A model generated the notes under the pieces. That model saw only the letters and a program-made list of their open reading frames with translations. It ran no database searches and was not told where the DNA came from. A DNA stretch of 15,546 bases from a virus (Duplodnaviria; Heunggongvirae; Uroviricota; Caudoviricetes): positions 1 through 15,546 of the IMG/VR virus record IMGVR_UViG_2541047895_000009. One strand, given 5' to 3'. The position numbers and the translations under genes are program-made. Of the stretch, positions 8,303 to 15,213 are shown piece after piece (positions within the stretch are counted from its first letter, which is position 1; each line of letters starts with the position of its first letter).

Positions 8303-8752
8303 TTAAAACGGAATATCATCTCCCCATTGCTCATTATCTCCCACTGGTGGATGGCTTCCTTGCTGATCTGCCTGTTGTTTTGCTCTGTTCAGTGCGTCAG
8401 TAGCCTGCCCCTGTTGGCCTTTTTTGCCGCCCGGTCGCACCGTTCGCGCACTGATTACGCTGTCTGCGATAACCTGCCAGCCCTGCCGCGTTTCACCGTT
8501 CTGTCCAGTCCACTGACTCACCTGCATGTTACCCGCCACGCTCAGGAGTTCGCCTTTGTGATGCTTTGCCAGCGCGTCGGCTTGTCTGCCAAACGCCAGA
8601 ACAGATAACCACATCGTCGCCTGACCGTCATCCGATTGGCTGCAGGGCAGTGATACCGCCATACGCGCCAGCGTCATGGGGGTGCCCTTGCTGGTCTGTT
8701 TTGTCTGCGGGGCGTCCACCAGCCGCCCGTAAGCTGCTATTTGCGCCGTCAT
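8303..8752 (-). CDS. ssb: single-stranded DNA-binding protein (SSB)
   Basis: 149 aa. OB-fold-like N-terminal region, Gly/Gln-rich linker and the hallmark acidic C-terminal tail ...WGDDIPF. ATGA overlap with the upstream ORF. Confidence 0.85.
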   Translation of the reverse strand: MTAQIAAYGRLVDAPQTKQTSKGTPMTLARMAVSLPCSQSDDGQATMWLSVLAFGRQADALAKHHKGELLSVAGNMQVSQWTGQNGETRQGWQVIADSVISARTVRPGGKKGQQGQATDALNRAKQQADQQGSHPPVGDNEQWGDDIPF

Positions 8753-9006
8753 GCTGCCTGCTCTCCGGACTTAATATTGATGGTTGTCACTTCCTCCGCT
8801 TCGGCAATCTCCCGTTCGGTCAGCGTGGCAAAGTTTGCAGCCGCCGTTGTCATGAATGCGCTTATCAGTTCGGGATGTGCTTTCGCGTATCCTTCCCCGG
8901 CGTTGCGGTCTATTGCCTTAATCGCCACCCTTAGCCAGTGTTCAGCCATATCAAGGGCGCGGTAATGTGGCTTTATATGTTTGTTCAGTTTTCCTGATGT
9001 GTGCAT
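8749..9006 (-). CDS. hypothetical protein (85 aa), between origin and ssb
   Basis: ORF translationally coupled to ssb (ATGA overlap). No recognisable motif. Confidence 0.45.
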   Translation of the reverse strand: MHTSGKLNKHIKPHYRALDMAEHWLRVAIKAIDRNAGEGYAKAHPELISAFMTTAAANFATLTEREIAEAEEVTTINIKSGEQAA

Positions 9007-9051
9007 TTTTATTTTTACCCCCTCGTTTAAAAAGTTTTTTGTGCACCACCA

Positions 9052-9283
9052 CCTTGTCTACCTTGTCTACCTGATTAGTTATCAGGCCAGTAATGGCGCG
9101 GGTTTCAGGGAGGTAGACAGCCCCAAATAGCTGTCTACCTCATCTCTACCCGTCTCCTTACCTGTCTACAAAAATGGGTAGATAAGGTAGATAACAGGTA
9201 GACAGTGAAAAATAGTTATCTACCTGCATTAATACATTGAAATAAAAGTATTTTCTTTCAGTCAGGTAGACAAGGTAGATAAC
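9052..9283. repeat. iteron array, putative replication origin: at least 11 copies of GGTAGA(C/T)A / T(G/A)TCTACC in both orientations
   Basis: Copies include cttgtctacc x2 (9053-9071), gaggtagacag, gctgtctacc, cctgtctaca, gggtagataaggtagataacaggtagacag, ttatctacc and caggtagacaaggtagataacc. Lies immediately downstream of the primase gene in an AT-rich non-coding gap. Confidence 0.7.
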
Positions 9284-9295
9284 CATTGCCATTTT

Positions 9296-11047
9296 TTATA
9301 AAAACGCATCGCAATCATCAGTAGTCGTTGCGTTGGTCTGCGTGACTCCCTTAACTTTTCGCGTAATATATTCATATCCGTAAACTTTCGCCGCTGACCT
9401 CATAGCCTTTCCGAACTCATTCACGCTCAAACATTTCCCCTTTCCTGTGTATGCCATGAAGGCCATATAGACACGGTAAAGGCTGTTTCTGGTCGTGTAC
9501 TTCACGGAGTCACCACCACCGCCCATCATTAGCCCACGAGCTTCCTCCAGAAACTCAAGCGCCGCGCAAAGCTCAACAACTGGATCCGTTTGCTGCTTTA
9601 TTGCCAGAGCTTCATCACCGTCACGCTGTTCCAGTAGTAAAGCCCTTGCCTTTTCAGGGTCAGCAAAGTTAGCCAGCAAGCGGCGGATAATTACGGGGAT
9701 TTCTGCCGCTATCTTTTCCGGTAATTCCTTGTCTTTTTCGTCCTCCCTTACAATGTTGTCGAACCGGAAAATCACCCGACGGCGTGACACACCTCCGGCC
9801 CGTTCGGTAAAGATCATCGGGTCGTTATTGGTTGCCAGTACCACCGCCCTTATTATCGTCGTGAATCGCTTCTCATATTTCGGATTGATTTCAACGGGAT
9901 CGCCTCCCGTGATTTTCTTGATGCCCGTGCCTTCCCCCGTATATTTCGGCTGATCGGCAAGGACGATAAGACGACTCCCGACAACCTGCGCGCGCCCTCC
10001 TGCATCATCGAGTGATGTCATCTCTGCGCTTACGGTGTTCTGTTTGCCTGCAAGCAGGGTGGCAATATGGGTAAATGTACTCTTACCGCTTCCCCCGTCT
10101 CCGGTGGCCTCAATGAACATCTGCCAGTCGTAGCGGTTCGCCATAATCATGTATAACGCGGCACATATACGCATCATCTTGCGCGGGTCTTTTCCTGCAG
10201 CATGTTCAAGCCATTTATGGAAATTTGGCGCATTATCGCGGATGTTTTCCCCTGCTACTGGTGGCGTGTACTCAATACCATTGTGCGTGGTGCTCCAGTG
10301 CTCCGGCGAGTGCGGAGAAAATTCCCCCGTTTTCAGATTAAGCACACCATTAGTGAACGGTAGCAAATCACCGGACGGCTCCCCCATGGGGGCGGCAATA
10401 ACTTTTAACGCTTCCACGGCGTTATTGATTACGCGTTTGCTGAACGTGGCCCTGTGCTCTGAATAGATCGCCACCATTTCGCGGCTCAGCTCCATTGTGC
10501 TGACCGGACACCATACCCCGCCGCGCCATACGTGGACGATTTCACTTTCTGCATGAACACAAACACCATCAAAGCGATCGGCAAGTAGTTGTGCCCGCTC
10601 ACTGTCTGCCATCTGTGAAAGTTGCGCCTTTTGCTTCGTCGGAAGATTAAGCACCAGGCTTTCCCCACGCTCGCATTCCTCTTTGAGTCGCGGCAACTGG
10701 TCGGATAAATCCACAGGGCTGGTGTCAGTAATCCCCGCGTATTCGTGTACGGTCTTCACTCCAGCCACAGCCAGTAACGTAACAATCTGCGTCATGCTGT
10801 GCTCTGTGATATGTCCTGCGCGGTAAACACGCACACACTGACGATCTTCATCAATGATCCGGTAATCGGTGATGTTTTTCAGTTGCTCATCAGCCAGCAC
10901 GACAGGCGGCACATCGTCGGCGGCAATATGTTTACCCGCCCATTCCTGCCACTCTTTCGCATGGCTCCACGCATCACTACCTGCAAAGATGATTACCTCT
11001 GTCAGTCTGTCGCGTGGCTGTTTTTTTAAGTTCGGTGCCAGTTTCAT
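9296..11047 (-). CDS. P4-alpha-type primase/replicase (D5-N / phage-plasmid primase C-terminal family), 583 aa
   Basis: Walker A P-loop EATGDGGSGKSTF plus the typical satellite/PICI primase-helicase layout. ATGA overlap with the upstream 99-aa ORF. Confidence 0.88.
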   Translation of the reverse strand: MKLAPNLKKQPRDRLTEVIIFAGSDAWSHAKEWQEWAGKHIAADDVPPVVLADEQLKNITDYRIIDEDRQCVRVYRAGHITEHSMTQIVTLLAVAGVKTVHEYAGITDTSPVDLSDQLPRLKEECERGESLVLNLPTKQKAQLSQMADSERAQLLADRFDGVCVHAESEIVHVWRGGVWCPVSTMELSREMVAIYSEHRATFSKRVINNAVEALKVIAAPMGEPSGDLLPFTNGVLNLKTGEFSPHSPEHWSTTHNGIEYTPPVAGENIRDNAPNFHKWLEHAAGKDPRKMMRICAALYMIMANRYDWQMFIEATGDGGSGKSTFTHIATLLAGKQNTVSAEMTSLDDAGGRAQVVGSRLIVLADQPKYTGEGTGIKKITGGDPVEINPKYEKRFTTIIRAVVLATNNDPMIFTERAGGVSRRRVIFRFDNIVREDEKDKELPEKIAAEIPVIIRRLLANFADPEKARALLLEQRDGDEALAIKQQTDPVVELCAALEFLEEARGLMMGGGGDSVKYTTRNSLYRVYMAFMAYTGKGKCLSVNEFGKAMRSAAKVYGYEYITRKVKGVTQTNATTTDDCDAFL

Positions 11048-11343
11048 TTTTTGCCCCTGAATGCGTTAATCATGCTTTTCATTTTCTGGATGTTTCCCCG
11101 CGCTTTTTCCCTGCTGGTGGGCTTACTGCGGGGTGCGGCATATACCAGGGAAAAATCACGCCGGAACTGATAAACAGGCATCACGCAGTCATAGCTATAC
11201 CCCTCACGGCGGTAAGTGATGCGCCGTTCTGCCACGCCTTTAATCGTTACCGTGCCGCCGTATTTATCGCGGTAAATATCGCCGTTCATAAATTCAGGCC
11301 GAGCGGGGCCGCTGGCAATAAAGCCAGAATTTTTCATTTCCAT
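11044..11343 (-). CDS. hypothetical protein (99 aa), translationally coupled to the primase
   Basis: ORF with ATG at 11341-11343; its stop overlaps the primase start. No motif recognised. Confidence 0.55.
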   Translation of the reverse strand: MEMKNSGFIASGPARPEFMNGDIYRDKYGGTVTIKGVAERRITYRREGYSYDCVMPVYQFRRDFSLVYAAPRSKPTSREKARGNIQKMKSMINAFRGKK

Positions 11344-11360
11344 ATTATTTATTCTTCGAC

Positions 11361-11582
11361 TTAACTCGACTTATTTGATAGCAGGGCACTATTTATTGCG
11401 TCATTGAGTTTTTCTGCTGCTTCATCAATAAGTGACAACAGGCCATAAGCAATATTTGCATCTTCATTGTCATTTATGCAATCAAGCCACATATTTAATA
11501 TTGCTTTTGCTGAATTATTTAAAGTTAATGAACTCTCTGCACATGCTAACAATTTAAAAAAGACTTCTCGTTCTGTATTCAT
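11361..11582 (-). CDS. hypothetical small protein (73 aa), AT-rich
   Basis: ORF in a tightly packed same-strand array upstream of the primase. Confidence 0.45.
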   Translation of the reverse strand: MNTEREVFFKLLACAESSLTLNNSAKAILNMWLDCINDNEDANIAYGLLSLIDEAAEKLNDAINSALLSNKSS

Positions 11583-11774
11583 TTAATCCCCCACCAGCTT
11601 ACTTTCTTCCTCAATCAGGAAACTAGCGACACTTCCCGAAAGGCGCGCCAGTAGGCTCGCCAGCGCGGATATATCAGCATCTGTAATTTTGTTCGGGTAT
11701 ACCTCAAGAAGGCGGCAAATAATCTCTGTTTGGTGCGCACGTTCAGCGGCTTCGTGTAATGTGATTTCCTGCAT
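11583..11774 (-). CDS. hypothetical small protein (63 aa)
   Basis: ORF abutting neighbours with start/stop overlaps, suggesting an operon. Confidence 0.45.
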   Translation of the reverse strand: MQEITLHEAAERAHQTEIICRLLEVYPNKITDADISALASLLARLSGSVASFLIEEESKLVGD

Positions 11775-11959
11775 TAATGCACCTCTTTTAATTCATACAC
11801 TGCTGAAATAATGACTTGTGATAAGCCATATTCTGATGATTCGCTTCTCACCGCAGCAATAGCCGTCTGAACATTAACAGCCTTCACGTTCTGAGCGATA
11901 CCAATTGTGTGGCCTCGTGGGTTAACAGCTCGGGCAAATACACGGAAGGTTTTAAGCAC
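11774..11959 (-). CDS. hypothetical small protein (61 aa), GTG start
   Basis: GTG at 11957-11959 preceded by AGGAGG at about 6-nt spacing. Overlaps the stop of the upstream ORF. Confidence 0.45.
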   Translation of the reverse strand: MLKTFRVFARAVNPRGHTIGIAQNVKAVNVQTAIAAVRSESSEYGLSQVIISAVYELKEVH

Positions 11960-12155
11960 GGCGCACCTCCTGACGAATACGGGCAGCGAATACCATCACG
12001 CAGCCAGTTGGGGATTGCTGGCGGGCTTCCTGTTCGCTGATGGCCTCGATGGTAATCACGCGCGGTTGTGCCGTACTCAAGGCGATAAAACGCCAGATGT
12101 ATTTATTCAGGTTGTGCGAGTTCCGCCCTTGCGGGTGTGTGGTATGATTTCTCAT
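11952..12155 (-). CDS. hypothetical small protein (67 aa), first gene of the leftward regulatory operon
   Basis: ATG at 12153-12155 preceded by GAGGT. The longer track ORF (to 12215) would run through the upstream inverted-repeat region. Confidence 0.45.
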   Translation of the reverse strand: MRNHTTHPQGRNSHNLNKYIWRFIALSTAQPRVITIEAISEQEARQQSPTGCVMVFAARIRQEVRRA

Positions 12156-12190
12156 AGCTACCTCGATACTGTTGCTATCGTTGGTGGTTA

Positions 12191-12292
12191 AACGCCCTGT
12201 ATGTGTTGCGAGCACTGCAGGGCGTTGTTCCAGAGCAATAAAACATGATAAGGTGTGTACCTATCAAGAAGCATACTAAGCAATAGGTACAT
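12191..12292. promoter_or_regulatory. divergent promoter/operator region with two inverted repeats
   Basis: AACGCCCTG-N18-CAGGGCGTT (12191-12226) and GTGTACCTAT-N18-ATAGGTACAT (12255-12292), located between the divergently oriented small-ORF operon and the RHH gene. Confidence 0.4.
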
Positions 12293-12294
12293 AC

Positions 12295-12489
12295 ATGTCA
12301 ACTATCATTCAGCGCGATAAACAGCCGAAAGGTGCTGGTAAGGCACCGGCATTTCAGATCCGTATCAACCCGGAACTAAAAGAACAAATGGTTAGTGCGG
12401 CTGCAAAAGAAGGAATGAGTTTGGCTAATTGGCTTAAAGAACTAGCAAGAGCAGAACTACGCAAACAAGGTATTGAACCTAGAGGTTAA
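12295..12489 (+). CDS. Arc/ribbon-helix-helix-type small DNA-binding protein (64 aa), candidate repressor or antitoxin
   Basis: KAPAFQIRINPELKEQMVSAAAKEGMSLANWLKELARAELRK fits the RHH beta-strand plus two helices pattern. No obvious Shine-Dalgarno; the second inverted repeat abuts its start. Confidence 0.6.
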   Translation: MSTIIQRDKQPKGAGKAPAFQIRINPELKEQMVSAAAKEGMSLANWLKELARAELRKQGIEPRG

Positions 12490-12513
12490 GACTTTTAAAA
12501 GGATCTGTGAGAG

Positions 12514-13239
12514 ATGCAAAATCTAAAACGAATAAGTGAATATAATTTAACAGACAATCCTATCCCACATTATTTCCCTCATGATAGTAGATTCCTGTCT
12601 CTACTTGGGAAATTTTCGTTCCGACTTGAAGATCTAATAGTATTTCACTCATTTGTTTATCATACATATAACATAAATCTTAAGGAGATACAAAAAATTG
12701 CAGATAACACTCCCCAATATAATCCAGACTTATTAGACGATGAAGAGCATGAAATGGCCTTGATTTCTCAAGCCAGACATAGAGAGAGGGTTGGTTATTA
12801 TGATGATCTTAATAGAAAAGCCTCATTTTTTGCCAATGACAGTGTCGTAATTAATCTTTGGGCTATTATTGAACAGTTTAGTACCATGGCATACTCTTTG
12901 CTAGAAGCAATTATTAAAGAAATACCTGAAAATCAAGTTAAAGTTCCATATACATGGGATAAATTAAAAAAGAAATACTTAAGTTATGGTATTGACCTCT
13001 CCCAACTTGATTCTTACGATGTCATTAACGAAACTAGGGTTTTAAACAACAAAATCAAACACCTTTATATTGTCGATGAAAACCTTGCCTCTTTTCCTTT
13101 TTTCAAGGACAAAGAGAACAAGTCATTATTAGGAATGGAATATAGGCTTCAAGATTATGTTATTGGAACTCATAAGTTCATCGGGCATCTTTTAGAGGAT
13201 TGCTCCATAAAATTAGGAAATAAGGCAAACATGATTTAA
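12514..13239 (+). CDS. hypothetical protein (241 aa), very AT-rich cargo gene downstream of the RHH gene
   Basis: Long uninterrupted ORF 24 nt after the RHH gene. No motif I can assign with confidence. Confidence 0.65.
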   Translation: MQNLKRISEYNLTDNPIPHYFPHDSRFLSLLGKFSFRLEDLIVFHSFVYHTYNINLKEIQKIADNTPQYNPDLLDDEEHEMALISQARHRERVGYYDDLNRKASFFANDSVVINLWAIIEQFSTMAYSLLEAIIKEIPENQVKVPYTWDKLKKKYLSYGIDLSQLDSYDVINETRVLNNKIKHLYIVDENLASFPFFKDKENKSLLGMEYRLQDYVIGTHKFIGHLLEDCSIKLGNKANMI

Positions 13240-13243
13240 ATTA

Positions 13244-13270
13244 ATTAGGTAGGTAATAAACCTACCTAAT
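13244..13270. terminator. perfect 10-bp inverted repeat attaggtagg-taataaa-cctacctaat between convergent genes
   Basis: Read from sequence; sits between the 241-aa gene (+) and alpA (-). AT-rich flanks on both sides, so possibly a bidirectional terminator. Confidence 0.45.
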
Positions 13271-13279
13271 TGAAATGAT

Positions 13280-13513
13280 TTACTTATTTAAGTACCATTC
13301 CCCACGAATCCACGCCTGCACCTCCGAAAGGCGATATGCTACGGCAGTGGCACCTATTTTAATTCGCTTTGGAAACTTTCCTTCTTTCTCTAACTTCCAT
13401 CGAGTGCTATTAGCAAGAGTAGTTAACTCACGGCATTCTTTCTCACGGATCATTCGGTCAATGTTAGGAATGTATTCCAGACCCTTTTTATCAACAATTG
13501 CCATTTTTTTCAT
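13280..13513 (-). CDS. alpA: AlpA-family excisionase/transcriptional regulator (77 aa)
   Basis: ...CRELTTLANSTRWKLEKEGKFPKRIKIGATAVAYRLSEVQAWI fits the AlpA helix-turn-helix pattern. Immediately downstream of int on the same strand. Confidence 0.8.
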   Translation of the reverse strand: MKKMAIVDKKGLEYIPNIDRMIREKECRELTTLANSTRWKLEKEGKFPKRIKIGATAVAYRLSEVQAWIRGEWYLNK

Positions 13514-13514
13514 G

Positions 13515-14750
13515 TTAACCAGCCTTTTGTTTGAGGATTGTCACTTTTGAATCAGCAGCTGCGATGCTATTGAGATATGTAGTCCAGAGTTCCAGAGCAT
13601 CCAGTTTTTTAGCCATAAACTTACTCCGGTTGTAAACACCTGCCACGCCAGGTAGCGCATGGCCTAACAGTTGTTCTACTACATAAAATTCAACACCGAG
13701 ATCACTTAGATGAGTAGATAGCGTTCTTCTAAGGTCGTGTAGTGACCATTGTTTTTCATGGCCCAAACGTTTACCGATTTTCCCCCCAATCTTGCTTACG
13801 CTTTCTCTAATTCGCAGACTTCCCAGCACATAACCAGTATGTTTTGTCTCTTCGTGAACATCCGTTACCCACTGTCGTAGAATTTCAGGTACTGGTCTGA
13901 CGATTTCAACACCAGTTTTTGAGTGATCTTTTGGTACAGTCCAAACCCAACTTTCGAGATCCCATTCGCTCCATTCTGATAATCGGGCTTCACTCATTCG
14001 ACATCCAAATACTGTACAAAGCACAAACATTTTTCGCGTGTATTCAGACATTAGTTTTAAATCAGGCTCGACAAAAATTGCCTTCCAGAGCTGGCCGAGT
14101 TCGGCTTCATCCAGAACCCGATCCCGCTTACCTGCAATCTGCCCCACATCACTCATGCGCAAATCCTTTAAAGCATCACACGTCGCGTACTGGCGTACCC
14201 GACAAAAACGAAGAGCTAATTTAGTGTCAGAAAAAACATACGCCGCCATAACTGGTGCATTACTTTTAATTCGGTCAAAACAGTCCAGCCATTCATATAG
14301 GTGAGTGTCATTTACGGGCAAATGACCGATATAGGGAAAGATATGCTTTCGAAATCTGCCAAGCGTTACAGCATGAGTTTTACGACGCACCTTACAGTAA
14401 TTTTCATACCAGTAATTTAGTGCATCCTCCACTGTGACCGGCTTTAAGCGTTCTTCAGCCTGAATCTTAATCTGGATACGCGGATCACGTTTGTCAGCCA
14501 ACCAAGCACGGCACTCGTCGCGCTTTTCCCTTGCCTGTTTGAGTGACATATCAGGATATTTACCCAACGTTAGCCAGACCGGAGCAGCCCGGCCACCTGC
14601 TAACCTGTAGAAGAAAACAAAGCTCACAGCCCCCTTGGTACTCACACGAATAGAAAGCCCCTTTCCATCAGCAATGGTGATCTGCTTTTCTCTGGGTTTC
14701 CCCAGATATCCTTTAAGTGCTTTGTCGCTCAGTTTGTTCTCGCCAGCCAT
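13515..14750 (-). CDS. int: P4-type tyrosine integrase (411 aa)
   Basis: N-terminal arm-binding-type domain (LSDKALKGYLGKP...ADGKGLSIRVSTKGAVSFVFFYRLAGG...WLTLGKYPDMSLKQAREKRDE) and a catalytic domain with R...HDLRRT...LLGH...Y. Start taken at the ATG at 14748-14750; the 455-aa track ORF is an upstream extension. Ends about 160 bp inside the right junction. Confidence 0.9.
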   Translation of the reverse strand: MAGENKLSDKALKGYLGKPREKQITIADGKGLSIRVSTKGAVSFVFFYRLAGGRAAPVWLTLGKYPDMSLKQAREKRDECRAWLADKRDPRIQIKIQAEERLKPVTVEDALNYWYENYCKVRRKTHAVTLGRFRKHIFPYIGHLPVNDTHLYEWLDCFDRIKSNAPVMAAYVFSDTKLALRFCRVRQYATCDALKDLRMSDVGQIAGKRDRVLDEAELGQLWKAIFVEPDLKLMSEYTRKMFVLCTVFGCRMSEARLSEWSEWDLESWVWTVPKDHSKTGVEIVRPVPEILRQWVTDVHEETKHTGYVLGSLRIRESVSKIGGKIGKRLGHEKQWSLHDLRRTLSTHLSDLGVEFYVVEQLLGHALPGVAGVYNRSKFMAKKLDALELWTTYLNSIAAADSKVTILKQKAG

Positions 14751-14765
14751 TTTTAGCCCCAAAAA

Positions 14766-14802
14766 GCAATACAAGCTGCAATACAGAGATGATTGCAACA
14801 CA
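14766..14802 (+). repeat. direct repeats GCAATACA x2 plus variant TGCAACACA in the int upstream region, candidate arm-type Int sites
   Basis: gcaataca at 14766-14773, tgcaataca at 14777-14785, tgcaacaca at 14794-14802; same motif and orientation as 3584-3604 at the other end. Confidence 0.4.
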
Positions 14803-14882
14803 CAGATAACGAGGAAAATCCAGTGAAAGCGCCAGATAAACTTATTCTTTATTATCAAAAGATTAAGTGTAAAAACCAGCAA

Positions 14883-15158
14883 CTACACGAAAGCCTCAGA
14901 AAGCCATGCTAAGTGCTTCGGCTTGACATATCCCGGCGTAAATTCAGAGGTGGAGCCGCCACGGGAGCGGATAACCTCACCGGAAACAATCGGCGAAACG
15001 TACAGCGCCATGTTTACCAGCCCCGGAATTTGTGAGAGATAGACTTTCTCCGTGGTGAAGGGATAGCTCTCACGGAAAAAGAGACGCAGAAACAGCGGAT
15101 CAAACTTAAATTTCTGCTCATTTGCCGCCAGCAGCTGGGCGGTTGTGTACATCGACAT
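14883..15158 (-). pseudogene. E: major capsid protein E, N-terminal fragment (codons 1-82) fused to 9 element-derived codons and a stop
   Basis: MSMYTTAQLLAANEQKFKFDPLFLRL...SEFTPGYVKPKH matches the lambda gpE N-terminus, then LAWLSEAFV and stop from element DNA. Confidence 0.9.
14905..14930. other. right junction of inserted element (attR-like): gctaagTGCTTcggcttgacata
   Basis: Lambda E homology begins at about 14914. Imperfect direct repeat of 3494-3512 sharing the TGCTT core. Confidence 0.6.
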
Positions 15159-15171
15159 AAAAAAATCCCGT

Positions 15172-15192
15172 AAAAAAAGCCGCAAAGGCGGC
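15172..15192 (-). terminator. D-E intercistronic hairpin (gccgc-ctttg-cggc) followed by a U7 run on the transcribed strand
   Basis: On the minus strand the RNA reads GCCGCCUUUGCGGC UUUUUUU ACGGGAUUUUUUU AUG. Attenuator/terminator-like structure between D and E. Confidence 0.4.
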
Positions 15193-15213
15193 CTTTAGTG
15201 ATGAAGGGTCAGG

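Larger units (their letters stand above)
3498..14918. mobile_element. ~11.4 kb integrative satellite-like element (P4/PICI-like backbone) inserted in prophage gene E
   Basis: Bounded by att-like repeats. Gene content: int, alpA, small-ORF regulatory cluster, primase, iteron origin, ssb, capsid-related module and two AT-rich cargo loci. No terminase, portal or tail shaft genes. Confidence 0.7.

Noticed and set aside
9052-9283. Possible CRISPR array, given the many short repeats
   Set aside because: The repeats are only 8-9 bp, irregularly spaced and in both orientations, with no cas genes. That fits origin iterons, not CRISPR.
11952-12215. 87-aa version of the first small ORF
   Set aside because: The extension runs through the palindromic operator region. 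The internal ATG at 12153-12155 has a GAGGT site and is the more plausible start.
5622-14826. Shadow ORFs inside the I-like, AlpA-like, capsid, ssb, primase, alpA and int genes (e.g. 5622-5840, 6333-6560, 7431-7703, 8192-8608, 8566-8934, 9495-9953, 10149-10466, 10799-11029, 11014-11364, 11907-12191, 13275-13550, 13919-14224, 14038-14304, 14635-14826)
   Set aside because: They overlap strongly supported genes on the opposite strand or in a different frame and have no ribosome-binding sites or recognisable motifs.
13515-14882. 455-aa version of the integrase ORF
   Set aside because: The upstream 44 codons run to the element junction and carry no start context. The conserved integrase N-terminus begins at MAGENKLSDKALKGY (ATG 14748-14750).
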